Assembly: GCA_021800365.1 (NCBI GenBank)
Contig: JAJYZA010000001.1
Location: 19,377 to 83,376 of the forward strand
Length of the DNA stretch: 64,000 nucleotides
Origin: Nanobdellota archaeon
GTDB lineage: Archaea > Nanobdellota > Nanobdellia > Parvarchaeales > Parvarchaeaceae
Direction: 5' to 3'
Each line of letters starts with the position of its first letter. The stretch's first letter is position 1. Of this stretch, positions 50,930 through 60,122 are shown one piece after another. Below the pieces are notes generated by a model. The model ran no database searches and had not been told where the DNA came from. It worked only from the letters and a program-made list of their open reading frames with translations. The translations under genes were made by a program, and so were the position numbers.

Positions 50930-51016
50930 GTAAAAGACGACTTTGTTTATAAAATAGTCAAATAAGCTTACTTTGTAAACAGTTTTAAGACTTTATAAAC
51001 AAGGCCGTAAAAGACG
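50930..51016. repeat. 10-bp direct repeats bracketing a 17-bp imperfect inverted repeat upstream of sepF
   Basis: gtaaaagacg at 50930 and 51007; acgactttgtttataaa (50937-50953) versus tttataaacaaggccgt (50992-51008), 15/17 match. Confidence 0.7.
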
Positions 51017-51087
51017 TTAAAGTTATAATGATAGGATTTAAATACGCAAAATAATAATATAAAGTATAGAATAGGAGGTACATTTAT

Positions 51088-51480
51088 ATGGCAGTTTTAT
51101 CAATCGATAAGTTTTTGAATCTTTTCAGAAAACAAGTAAATCTTGAGGAATCAAAGGAATATGTTGAGCTTGAAGTAGACCAAAAAGAAAAACCAATAGC
51201 AAAGTTATATGTAAAGTATTATACGTTAGCAAAATTTGAAGATTCCGGCTCAGTATTAAATGATATCCGATCCGGATCTACACTTTCTTTCATAAAAGTT
51301 AAAGAAATACGAGAGAAAGGTGGCATGGATGAATTAAAGAGAACGATAACTAAAATGAAACGAAGCTCCGATGCTTCTGATGCACAAATAGTTGGAATAG
51401 ATGAGGACTATATCTTAATAGTTCCTAATTTTGTTAAGGTGGAAAAAGGCGACGTATTAACGCAAAAATCGACGACTTAA
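51088..51480 (+). CDS. sepF: Cell division protein SepF
   Basis: EYVEL, D..RSG, ELKR.I..MK, GIDEDYILIVP..VKV; GGAGGT SD upstream. Confidence 0.85.
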   Translation: MAVLSIDKFLNLFRKQVNLEESKEYVELEVDQKEKPIAKLYVKYYTLAKFEDSGSVLNDIRSGSTLSFIKVKEIREKGGMDELKRTITKMKRSSDASDAQIVGIDEDYILIVPNFVKVEKGDVLTQKSTT

Positions 51481-51806
51481 CCCCCAGCATACTTAAGAGC
51501 AGCGAATGCAGCCGCTATAGCCGGTTTATCTGCGTTATTTGTTATGTTTAACATAGTTAGATTAGAGAGTAAGTTATTTATCTCTGTTGGAGAAGATTGC
51601 ATTACTTTTGTAACATTAAAACTATATTTAATATCATCATAAATCTCTACAGAGGTTATATCCATCCCAACTATATCTGGTTTCGCAACGGATAGGACTT
51701 CCTTAACTTCATTAATGTTCTTTAAACGATGCACCTGTACGGTTGAATTTATTAGTACCGCCACTATAATCCGCCCGTTTACCATCGTTATACCTGCGCT
51801 TTTCAT
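51477..51806 (-). CDS. Hypothetical protein (possible RNase H-like fold)
   Basis: beta-beta-beta-alpha start and KPDIVGMD motif resemble DUF460/RuvC-like N-termini. Confidence 0.5.
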   Translation of the reverse strand: MKSAGITMVNGRIIVAVLINSTVQVHRLKNINEVKEVLSVAKPDIVGMDITSVEIYDDIKYSFNVTKVMQSSPTEINNLLSNLTMLNITNNADKPAIAAAFAALKYAGG

Positions 51807-52365
51807 ATATTCTCAAAAGTATCAATTCCTCGAAAAAGAATCGCTTAGTATCTAATACTTTAAACTTAAAGTTAAGTGACATTAAGCGTTTATAAACCTT
51901 ATCTAAGTCATAAGCCGTGGATAAAATCAAAAACGCTTCACCACCCGGCTTTAAATGTGATCTAAGGCCGTCTATAGCTCTTAGTGTTATTTCATACCCC
52001 TCGTGTCCGCCAATCGTAGCGATATCTAAATAATCGATTCCTTTATGAATTCCGGGAAGATATGGTGGGTTCATATATATAGTGTCAAAAAAGTGCCCGT
52101 TTAACCCGGTAAATAGATTTGAGCGCAGGACCTCATAATTTTTTATTCCGTTTATCTTGGCATTTAATCTCACTAAAGCTAACGCGGCCGCGCTAATATC
52201 AACAAAGGTTACTTTGCATGCTAAAGGTGCGGCACTGATACCTATTATACCGCTACCAGCAAACATGTCAAGCACTTCTCCGTGAGCATATTTTACGGCT
52301 TTGAGCAGTAGATATGAGTCTTCAGATGGCGGATAAACGTTAGCAGCACTTTTAATCTTTATCAT
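51712..52365 (-). CDS. HemK2/PrmC-type release factor glutamine methyltransferase
   Basis: VYPPSEDSYLL, LDMFAGSG, NPPYLP, GG.EG, FFFEEL. Confidence 0.9.
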   Translation of the reverse strand: MIKIKSAANVYPPSEDSYLLLKAVKYAHGEVLDMFAGSGIIGISAAPLACKVTFVDISAAALALVRLNAKINGIKNYEVLRSNLFTGLNGHFFDTIYMNPPYLPGIHKGIDYLDIATIGGHEGYEITLRAIDGLRSHLKPGGEAFLILSTAYDLDKVYKRLMSLNFKFKVLDTKRFFFEELILLRIYEKRRYNDGKRADYSGGTNKFNRTGASFKEH

Positions 52366-52431
52366 ACTAAATAAACTATAACAAAATCTTTATGAATAAT
52401 TAACTTTTAATAGATTAATAGAAGTGAATTT

Positions 52432-52908
52432 ATGTACTCAAAAGTGTCTAAAAGATTTATCATAGCCACTATCATTATTGCCTCTGCATTGGTGCTCGCA
52501 ATATACGGTGGTATATCTAGCGCACGAAGCACTTCCGCTCAAAGTAAACTTTATATAAACTGCAGTGGATTAAATCTTGAATTTAATTATAGCGCACAAA
52601 AGACTACAATCATTGCGCCGCTTGGAAAAGATACTTTTAATGTTATATATTTAAATAACACGGGAAACTCTACGTATAATATAAGTATCTCGGGGCAGAA
52701 TAGCACTAATTTACAGTTACTTTTTGCTAAATCCTTTAATACGCAGGCAGGTCAATCCGGTTATTATACCGAATATGAGATTATTAATCCGACTACTCCA
52801 GGAAATTATACGGAGAATATAACCCTTACGTCTTTATATAAAAATTGCATGCTTTCGAAGTACTTACTCGCACATATAGAAGTTATAAACGACAATAAAA
52901 CGGGATAA
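52432..52908 (+). CDS. Hypothetical secreted or anchored Ig-like protein
   Basis: Signal/TM helix, LNNTGN, PGNYT beta-sandwich pattern, sequons. Confidence 0.65.
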   Translation: MYSKVSKRFIIATIIIASALVLAIYGGISSARSTSAQSKLYINCSGLNLEFNYSAQKTTIIAPLGKDTFNVIYLNNTGNSTYNISISGQNSTNLQLLFAKSFNTQAGQSGYYTEYEIINPTTPGNYTENITLTSLYKNCMLSKYLLAHIEVINDNKTG

Positions 52909-53247
52909 ATGGAAAATAACATAATAAAGGATAGACTCCTTGGGAACATAGACGTACTTTCTGACGTTAGAGTACGCGTAGTGGGTACTATTAGCAATGT
53001 GGACACAAAAATAGGTACTTTTGAATTAGTTTATGAAGAAAAGAGGGTTACTTGCCTGCCTCCAATAAGTCAAAAATATCACCCGCTTATAGGCGATAAT
53101 GTAACATTAGTAGGCCGCATTGTACCTACCGACAACAACGAAATTGAGATAAGAACTGAATCTGTAGCTAAAATCTCCAAAGAAGAATTAGATTCTTACA
53201 TTAAGTATTTAAAGTTGCGAAATGAAGTATTAAATAATGGAAGTTGA
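52909..53247 (+). CDS. Single OB-fold protein, RPA14/Rpa3-like
   Basis: RVRVVGTI..GDNVTLVGRI OB strands plus a C-terminal helix; overlaps pcn. Confidence 0.6.
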   Translation: MENNIIKDRLLGNIDVLSDVRVRVVGTISNVDTKIGTFELVYEEKRVTCLPPISQKYHPLIGDNVTLVGRIVPTDNNEIEIRTESVAKISKEELDSYIKYLKLRNEVLNNGS

Positions 53248-53977
53248 ATTCAAGGACGCTGATCTTTTTAAGAGAATAATGGACACTGTTGGCGGCTTAA
53301 TGGCCGATGTTTCTCTTGATTTTACAAACACTGGTTTCTCTATAAAAGCGATGAGTCCAGACAATGTCGCCATGATTATGGTTGAAGGTACAAAAGATCT
53401 GTTCGGTTCCTTTAACGTAGATAAAGACACTAAACTTTCTGTTTCATTGGATGACCTTAATAATATACTAAAATTACTAAAAAAAGAGGATAAGCTTCGT
53501 CTTACGGATTCAAAAAATCGCCTGAATCTAGACATTAGTGGAAAAAATAAGATGCATTTTGTGATACCATTGATAGATGAGAATTATACTGCTCAGAAGG
53601 TACCACAACTAAAATTTTCAGCAGAGGTAACCATGCTATCGGCGCTGATAAAAGAAGCCATAAAGGCCGGTTTCTTGGTTGATGACTCACTCTATGTAAC
53701 TATAGATGGACAAAGAGTGATACTGAGTGCAAGAAGCGAAGAAAAGGAATTCTCAGAAGATTTATCTATAAACGACAATAAAGAAATATTTAATATCCAT
53801 TCCGATGTAATAACCCGATCAAAGTATTCAATAGAACATCTTACTAAATTTCTTAATTCTCTTGATGCTGATAAACCAGTTAAACTATCTCTCTCAAACA
53901 GCTATCCGCTTAGACTCGATTACGAAATAAATGCTAATGCGAAGATGTCTTTTATTCTAGCGAATAGGATAGAGTAA
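53237..53977 (+). CDS. pcn: DNA sliding clamp PCNA
   Basis: IKAMSPDNVAM, SKYS.E.L, YPLRL, FILANRIE; 246 aa. Confidence 0.93.
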   Translation: MEVEFKDADLFKRIMDTVGGLMADVSLDFTNTGFSIKAMSPDNVAMIMVEGTKDLFGSFNVDKDTKLSVSLDDLNNILKLLKKEDKLRLTDSKNRLNLDISGKNKMHFVIPLIDENYTAQKVPQLKFSAEVTMLSALIKEAIKAGFLVDDSLYVTIDGQRVILSARSEEKEFSEDLSINDNKEIFNIHSDVITRSKYSIEHLTKFLNSLDADKPVKLSLSNSYPLRLDYEINANAKMSFILANRIE

Positions 53978-53979
53978 AC

Positions 53980-54420
53980 CTAGAAAGAATATAGCTCATC
54001 GTCATAACGGTAAATATTAGTCAATAAATCCGGCAATACACTCATATCTACGCTTAGAATTTTCCCATGAGATTCTACGTGATTGATAAGCGAAGCAGTC
54101 TTGTTTTTGGTTACCAAAAGAACTATTTTCTTTTTGTATTGAAAATCTGTTCTGGTTTTAAGATAATTCTCTGCGCGTACGCGTTGTTTTATCACAAAGT
54201 CCTCTTCTTTGCCAGGGGAGACGTATAAGTGGTCCTTACAATCGATAAAAAAACATCTCTTTTCATCATATGCAATCACGTCTATCTGGAATCTCCTAAC
54301 CGTCTTAAATCTTATATCCTGCTCAGATTTGTACCCAAACTGATCAAAAATTTCTGCAACGTCTCTTTCAAACTGTTCCCAATCTGTTTTTTTCTCTTTT
54401 ACCTTTACATCAAAATACAT
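53980..54420 (-). CDS. PD-(D/E)xK restriction-endonuclease-like protein (Mrr_cat-like)
   Basis: WEQFE..VAEIF..GY, QIDVIA, IDCK. Confidence 0.75.
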   Translation of the reverse strand: MYFDVKVKEKKTDWEQFERDVAEIFDQFGYKSEQDIRFKTVRRFQIDVIAYDEKRCFFIDCKDHLYVSPGKEEDFVIKQRVRAENYLKTRTDFQYKKKIVLLVTKNKTASLINHVESHGKILSVDMSVLPDLLTNIYRYDDELYSF

Positions 54421-54435
54421 AATTTAATTAAAATC

Positions 54436-54521
54436 TGCATCGACCGGGATTCGAACCCGGGTCTCCACCGCACTACCATAATAGTTGGCAGGGTGGTGTC
54501 TTACCACTGGACTATCGATGC
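54436..54521 (-). tRNA. tRNA-Gly(GCC) with a 15-nt intron at 37/38 (54471-54485)
   Basis: GCATCGA/TCGATGC acceptor, CCACC-CT GCC A[intron]C-GGTGG, CUGC/GUAG central helix. Confidence 0.92.
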
Positions 54522-54541
54522 GCTTTCAAGAAGATAATAAT

Positions 54542-54895
54542 TTACTCGCTTTTATAATTTTTGCCTTGACTTTTAACCCCCCGCACGCGTCTGCTTAAAC
54601 GATAAAGATAAACCCAATTTATAAGATTTTGTACACGCCTGGTAAGTGTACCGAACCCAATAAATTTTAATATAAACAATACCAAGGACGCTACTAACGG
54701 GATATAAATATATGGGACAAACGCGCCGATACTAAAAAATAATCCAGATATAATTGCAGTTGCCAATAAACCGGCATCGAGGCGATATAGAAATGAAAGG
54801 GCCACTCCACTTGCTATTGCGGCGATAAATATGTAAAATATAGTTGGATTAGAATATTGAACTGTAAGCAGCACTAAGTCTAATGCATTTGCCAT
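54542..54895 (-). CDS. Hypothetical membrane protein
   Basis: Three hydrophobic helices and a basic C-terminus. Confidence 0.6.
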   Translation of the reverse strand: MANALDLVLLTVQYSNPTIFYIFIAAIASGVALSFLYRLDAGLLATAIISGLFFSIGAFVPYIYIPLVASLVLFILKFIGFGTLTRRVQNLINWVYLYRLSRRVRGVKSQGKNYKSE

Positions 54896-54901
54896 AACAC
54901 A

Positions 54902-55282
54902 TCAAAATAATTGCAAATCGCCGGTTATGGAATCTAGCTTATCTGCATAATATGGGCCTACCCCTATAGCAGTTTCTGTGCCGGGTGCCACCTGAGTGCG
55001 GCCCGCATCTGTAACGACGGCGAATGGTATCTTAGCTGCTGAAAGTTTCTTCTTAATGCTCTCCGCCTCTATACCATCCTTTAGTCTTAAAACTATTTTA
55101 GTTTGTCCGCTTAAGATCCATTCTTTGATTATATCCGGATGTTTTTTGAGAACAGTTAGATAACTAAGGACACTTGCATGCGCTGCCTGCGCCGCTGCCT
55201 TTCCAGCGCCCATCTTCAAATCCTTTCTTAGAAGTATAACTTGTTTTATAGCAACCACCGCCTCTTCTCCATTTTTAATCAT
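54902..55282 (-). CDS. pth2: Peptidyl-tRNA hydrolase Pth2
   Basis: RKDLKMGAGK.AAQ.AHA, GQTKIVL, DAGRTQV.PGT.T. Confidence 0.96.
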   Translation of the reverse strand: MIKNGEEAVVAIKQVILLRKDLKMGAGKAAAQAAHASVLSYLTVLKKHPDIIKEWILSGQTKIVLRLKDGIEAESIKKKLSAAKIPFAVVTDAGRTQVAPGTETAIGVGPYYADKLDSITGDLQLF

Positions 55283-55366
55283 ACAAGGATTACTGCACAC
55301 CACGATAAATATTTATGTTTATGCATAAAAGAAAGTTATAAATAGGCAGATTCAATAAAGATACGA

Positions 55367-55576
55367 ATGGAAGAAGCAAAAAACGTTAAGTCTTCTGCGA
55401 CTGAAAAGAGCGTTATAACACATTTTTGTGCGTCGTGTGGAAGAGACATATCCGTCATTGGAGACTCTGTTATTTTTAAATGCCCAAACTGCGGTGATGA
55501 AATTGTGCGCTGTGGAAAATGCAGGATAAAAGGTACCGAATTCCAGTGCCACGCGTGCGGATTCGTTGGTCCTTAA
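55367..55576 (+). CDS. Zn-ribbon protein (DUF1610 / HVO_2753 family)
   Basis: CASCG..FKCPNCG..RC.KCR..F.C..CGFVGP; conserved position before EF-1beta. Confidence 0.88.
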   Translation: MEEAKNVKSSATEKSVITHFCASCGRDISVIGDSVIFKCPNCGDEIVRCGKCRIKGTEFQCHACGFVGP

Positions 55577-55577
55577 T

Positions 55578-55847
55578 ATGGCAAAGGTCGTTCTAAAGAT
55601 AAAGGCACTTCCGAAGGATACATCTACAAATATAGATGAATTAAAAGAGAAGTTAAAAGTATTTTTAAGCCAGCACGGTGTTGTCTATAGAACCGAAGTG
55701 CAGCCTCTCGCTTTTGGACTGAATGTTGTTATGGTAACCCTCATAGTTGAAGAGTCTGAAGGTACCTCAAAATTAGAAACAGAATTTGAGAAGTTCAAAG
55801 ATGCAGAGATGTCAATAATCGATCTCTCTAGGATGCCTGAGTTTTAG
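55578..55847 (+). CDS. ef1b: Elongation factor 1-beta
   Basis: MAKV..KALP, QPLAFGL. Confidence 0.92.
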   Translation: MAKVVLKIKALPKDTSTNIDELKEKLKVFLSQHGVVYRTEVQPLAFGLNVVMVTLIVEESEGTSKLETEFEKFKDAEMSIIDLSRMPEF

Positions 55848-56910
55848 ATTCTTTAAGCTGTCTTTTAATCTCTTCAACAAGGGATAATTTAAATTTCTCT
55901 TTATCTTTTGGATGTATAGTCGCCCCCGTTGCATGGTCGTGCCCGCCGCCATTTCCCTTTATTTTTCTAAATATGGATTTTAAAACCACTGGGAGCTTCA
56001 CATCTAACCCATTAGCCCGCATATTGATACGCATAGTATCTGCTTTTATCTTTGACATAAACACAATGACCTTGCCATAATATTCTGGACCGATGCTTAA
56101 AGGTGTGATAACTGCAGACGAATAGCGCTTCTTCATACGAGGCACCTCATAGAAGTATACTAGGTCTTCATATTGCTCCGCTTCGTGTTCAAAACCCGCT
56201 CTTAACAGATGTATCTCATTTTTTACGGTATTATTCGCCGACAATAACTTTTCATTATTTATAAGAGTGGCTAAGGACTTTGTTTTTAGTAATATACCTA
56301 ATGCCTCATCAGCACCCTCTCTACCATAACGAACTGTCATAGAATTAAGCATTGATGCTGCGAGACCAAATTCATTATCATAAAGATATTCATCTTCCTT
56401 TAATTTTACTCCATACTTTGTAGCTGCGGTTTTTAACCATTCTCTTTGCTCTTTTCCCCCCGCATCACTAACGAGCCCTATCGCAGCAATCCATCCGGAT
56501 TCTGGAACGATTGATTCGAAAATTCGATAAGTGAGAAGTGAGCAAGGCGTATAAGTATTATCTCCCCACATTTTTGGGTTTATGTAGTGGATTCCTATAT
56601 AGTCTATAAGCTCATGGTGGTCTATTATGCATGAGTTTTTTGTTTTTAATTTGAGCAGAAACGAATTCGAGACTTGCATATCGCACAATATAATATTGTC
56701 ACTAAACTCTGACAAATCAATTTTGCCTTCAAAATCCTCGTAATTGGTTGGTCTTACTGAGTTAATATCCTTATGCTGGTATTCGATTGCCTTTATTATA
56801 ATTGCTGCACTTGCTATTCCATCTCCGTCTAAATGATAAAAAATCGAGAAATCATTGTTTTCTTGAATATAATTTATAATTTTCTTAATTTCTGCTACGC
56901 CTTCTTCCAT
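55828..56910 (-). CDS. DHH/DHHA1 phosphoesterase (RecJ-like)
   Basis: HLDGDG, IILCD, IIDHH, GLVSD, GGGH..A.G. Confidence 0.88.
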   Translation of the reverse strand: MEEGVAEIKKIINYIQENNDFSIFYHLDGDGIASAAIIIKAIEYQHKDINSVRPTNYEDFEGKIDLSEFSDNIILCDMQVSNSFLLKLKTKNSCIIDHHELIDYIGIHYINPKMWGDNTYTPCSLLTYRIFESIVPESGWIAAIGLVSDAGGKEQREWLKTAATKYGVKLKEDEYLYDNEFGLAASMLNSMTVRYGREGADEALGILLKTKSLATLINNEKLLSANNTVKNEIHLLRAGFEHEAEQYEDLVYFYEVPRMKKRYSSAVITPLSIGPEYYGKVIVFMSKIKADTMRINMRANGLDVKLPVVLKSIFRKIKGNGGGHDHATGATIHPKDKEKFKLSLVEEIKRQLKESKTQAS

Positions 56911-56979
56911 AAAAATAACTACAATAAAAAGTATTACGACTGCGGCGTATAAATAATCAATAAAGCACTAAAGGCTAAC

Positions 56980-59154
56980 TTATTTTTCTATTAGCTGATT
57001 CAGTAGTTTTTTGAACGCCGGACCTCCTCTTTTATATACCTCGGCGCGTATCGTCTGCGATGGAATTAGTCTATATTTAACATAAGAAGTACCTATAGAG
57101 TCATCCGTTGGCAGATATAATTGACTCGCTCCTTTAGTGTAATCTGGTTTATGTAGTATATTCTTCTCAAAATCGGTCTGTTTCTGTAAGGACGGTGCTG
57201 TAACTGCTACGAGCGTCCTCCATTCATCACCCTTTCTCTTAAACGCGAACTTTATCCCTGCCTCATGACAATCGCCCGCCATGACAATATCAACAAGATC
57301 CTGGCCAGTATTCTTTACGATATTCATAAGCGATGTTCTCGCATCTGCGCCGCCTCTGTAACCTGGACTGTGGAACTGCAAAAGAGTATAATTTCCGAGC
57401 ATCGGGTTCTGTCCGCGTTCTTGTATAAAATCTGGATAGATTACTTCATCTGTTCCGTGGCTTTTATAATACATCCCAGTTGCATCTGCTTCACTGCCGT
57501 TTCCAGTTGCTTTCTCAAAGTGATTGCCATTAACCGCATAAACTGCGTGAACAAGTCCGGCTATCGGCGCTATATATTGTTCGAGCCTTTTAAGTTGCCT
57601 GCCTATGTCTATATCGGAATGTAAGTAAATAGAATCATACAGTGCATCGATGAGTCCCTGGGTGCGCTTTTTAGAGTTCTTTTCCACCGAGAGCGTTTCT
57701 AAAACTTTAAGCAGTTCCTCGGGGGTTATAGCCTTAGGCAAAGACATTCTAGTCCTTTGTGCTTTATCATTCCCGCCATCGACCATGTCGCCGCCATTGA
57801 ATACGGATCTTTTTTCTCTGGGAACTTCACTTCGACTCATTATACCGGATACCCCTTCCGTAGCCACGTAATCTGCATATGCACTACCAATATGCCAATC
57901 GGAAAGGGTTGTCATCTCATACATAGACCCTTTCGATAGCTCTTTCTCCAGTGCATTTGGTATTATTTTCTTCTTTATAGCGGTTGCATCTAGATGCTCG
58001 ATTTCTACGACACCGTCGGCTTTTATTGCGAATATAGACAATCCACTATCTTCGAACTGTGAGAGTCTTTTAGATATGTCTGTTTTATTAAAACTCGCCC
58101 TAAGTTTGAATTGTTTATCTATGTCCAGCAATGGACCTTGATTGAATACAAAAACCGGGTTGTCTCTGCTCTGGAAATTCACTGCAGTAAACTCCGTAGA
58201 AGAGCCCCGCCCAGTTATATATAAGTCCGCTCGCCTATCTACGGGATCGGCATTCGCATAATCTACTGTCATTTTCAGATTCCTATCCGTCGGTTTACCC
58301 TCGTTCAAGCCGGATGCTAACCCGTTTATTGCGTGAAATATCTTCACTTTAAGACCGTTTATCAATATTTCGGCGTCGGCATCACTTTCACTTGATTTGT
58401 TTCCCATAAAGTTTTCAAATCTCTTATAAACGCGCAGATTATCTGTGCCGAATATAGTCCCTAGTAGATGTTTGTATATTTCATTAGCTTTATTTTTTAT
58501 TCCTTCCTTGTCTACAGACTTCCATTGCGAGGCCTTAAACTTGTAGTCTTCCGGTACCACTGACATCAATAGCTCTGCTTCATCAGGTATTTCTTCCTCA
58601 TCTAAATCTCCGTTCTTATTATTTTTCTGTTTTCGTTCTGCATTGCGCTCATTTTTCCTACTTAGTTTTTCAAGGGCTTCTATTATCATTTTTACATTCT
58701 TATAATCTGTTGTTCCATACACGTAAAGTATTGGTATCCCTTTCTTTTTTGTCTCATAAGCAAGGCTTTTCATCTGTACCCGTGCTAATCTAGCTGCTTC
58801 AACCAAATCATCAACAGAATCTGAATCATTTTTACCTCTTTTTACTTGCTTGTATATACTATTTCCGTATATTTCTTTTAAGTGATCTTCAACAAGGTCA
58901 AGACGCTCCCCCTTTAAACGACTATATTTATCTGGAATGAATGCAAGTCCACCATTAATTACAACACCATCTAATCTTCCTTCATAATTCTTTATTAATT
59001 CACCGACATTAGACAGTACAGCAGGATCACTCAATTTTGTAGCAAGTTCTAGTTCTGACAATAAAACTAACCTTAATTTTGTATCGCCATCCTCATTATT
59101 TGGATTACCTTTAGAAAGAACATCCTCAAGATTAGAACTCTTACCTAACGCCAT
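56980..59154 (-). CDS. Large protein with tandem calcineurin-like phosphoesterase domains
   Basis: C-terminal SDWHIG, GGDMVDG, NGNH, FH, AGDCH; N-terminal half shows degenerate equivalents; G-rich SD upstream. Confidence 0.7.
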   Translation of the reverse strand: MALGKSSNLEDVLSKGNPNNEDGDTKLRLVLLSELELATKLSDPAVLSNVGELIKNYEGRLDGVVINGGLAFIPDKYSRLKGERLDLVEDHLKEIYGNSIYKQVKRGKNDSDSVDDLVEAARLARVQMKSLAYETKKKGIPILYVYGTTDYKNVKMIIEALEKLSRKNERNAERKQKNNKNGDLDEEEIPDEAELLMSVVPEDYKFKASQWKSVDKEGIKNKANEIYKHLLGTIFGTDNLRVYKRFENFMGNKSSESDADAEILINGLKVKIFHAINGLASGLNEGKPTDRNLKMTVDYANADPVDRRADLYITGRGSSTEFTAVNFQSRDNPVFVFNQGPLLDIDKQFKLRASFNKTDISKRLSQFEDSGLSIFAIKADGVVEIEHLDATAIKKKIIPNALEKELSKGSMYEMTTLSDWHIGSAYADYVATEGVSGIMSRSEVPREKRSVFNGGDMVDGGNDKAQRTRMSLPKAITPEELLKVLETLSVEKNSKKRTQGLIDALYDSIYLHSDIDIGRQLKRLEQYIAPIAGLVHAVYAVNGNHFEKATGNGSEADATGMYYKSHGTDEVIYPDFIQERGQNPMLGNYTLLQFHSPGYRGGADARTSLMNIVKNTGQDLVDIVMAGDCHEAGIKFAFKRKGDEWRTLVAVTAPSLQKQTDFEKNILHKPDYTKGASQLYLPTDDSIGTSYVKYRLIPSQTIRAEVYKRGGPAFKKLLNQLIEK

Positions 59155-59281
59155 ATCAAATCCCCCCTACTATACCTAAAGTAACTAATATTTTATTCAC
59201 AACAATGTTATTTAGATTAGTTTGATTATAAATAGTTTCTTGATATTACGATAGTATTACTCAAACACTTTATCTTGCTTA

Positions 59282-60049
59282 TTACCAGACATCGTGTTTT
59301 ATGTGATCTTTATCTGCTGGCACTCCGAATGATTTCAATAGCTCAGTCATGGTTGAATTAAACTGATTCGAGCCGCAGAGGTATGTTACTCTTTCGGTTA
59401 TATCTGGTACATATTTCTGTAACTTAGCAGCGTCTATCCTACCGGTCTCTCCCTGCCAATCCGGATTATTTTCTTCTCTTGTTAGTGTTATCACTACCTT
59501 TGCAATTCCTTTTCTGGCGAAGTCTTCTAGCTCAGTGGCCCGGATTATATCTTGCTTAGTCCTTACAGTGTAAAGAAGAGTTATGTTCTCGCTTATTCGA
59601 TTTTGTTCTATGTATCTTAGCATACAAATAAACGGAGCTATTCCTGTTGCTGCGGCTATAAACAGAGACCTCTTATTTTTACTCGGTGTAAATTCAAAGT
59701 TCTTGCCATTTGGTTGCGAGATATTAAATATGTCGCCTATTTTTGCTTTGTTTAGTATTGAAGTTAGTTTACCATCCACTATCTCGATATAAAATTCTAA
59801 TGTATCCAAACCTGGAGCAGACGCTATCGAGTATGGTCGTTGAACATCTATCCTAGTACCATCTAAGCTATACCCTATCTGTACAAATTGCCCTGGTTTA
59901 AAATATGACTTCTCTTGAAATTCGGACTTGAACTTAAATGCCTTTACGCTTGGCGTCTCTTGTATGATTTCAATTAGTTTATAGGGTCTTTTTATTGCAC
60001 TACCGCCTTTTTGTACTGGTGTTGCAACGTAAGTTTGTTCACTTTGCAT
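59282..60049 (-). CDS. FAD/NAD(P)-binding oxidoreductase (ferredoxin-NADP reductase family)
   Basis: FKPGQF, RPYSIAS, TGIAPF, GRID, YLCG. Confidence 0.9.
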   Translation of the reverse strand: MQSEQTYVATPVQKGGSAIKRPYKLIEIIQETPSVKAFKFKSEFQEKSYFKPGQFVQIGYSLDGTRIDVQRPYSIASAPGLDTLEFYIEIVDGKLTSILNKAKIGDIFNISQPNGKNFEFTPSKNKRSLFIAAATGIAPFICMLRYIEQNRISENITLLYTVRTKQDIIRATELEDFARKGIAKVVITLTREENNPDWQGETGRIDAAKLQKYVPDITERVTYLCGSNQFNSTMTELLKSFGVPADKDHIKHDVW

Positions 60050-60122
60050 AACAACGTTATATTATAATTATTGATATTTAATAAATAAATAGTTTGTAAA
60101 GCGAGGCGCAAACTCGCGTCGT

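Noticed and set aside
54229-54537. 102-aa plus-strand ORF
   Set aside because: It runs antisense across tRNA-Gly and the nuclease gene
60101-60117. Small hairpin GCGAG-N7-CTCGC downstream of serS
   Set aside because: Only a 5-bp stem; could be chance
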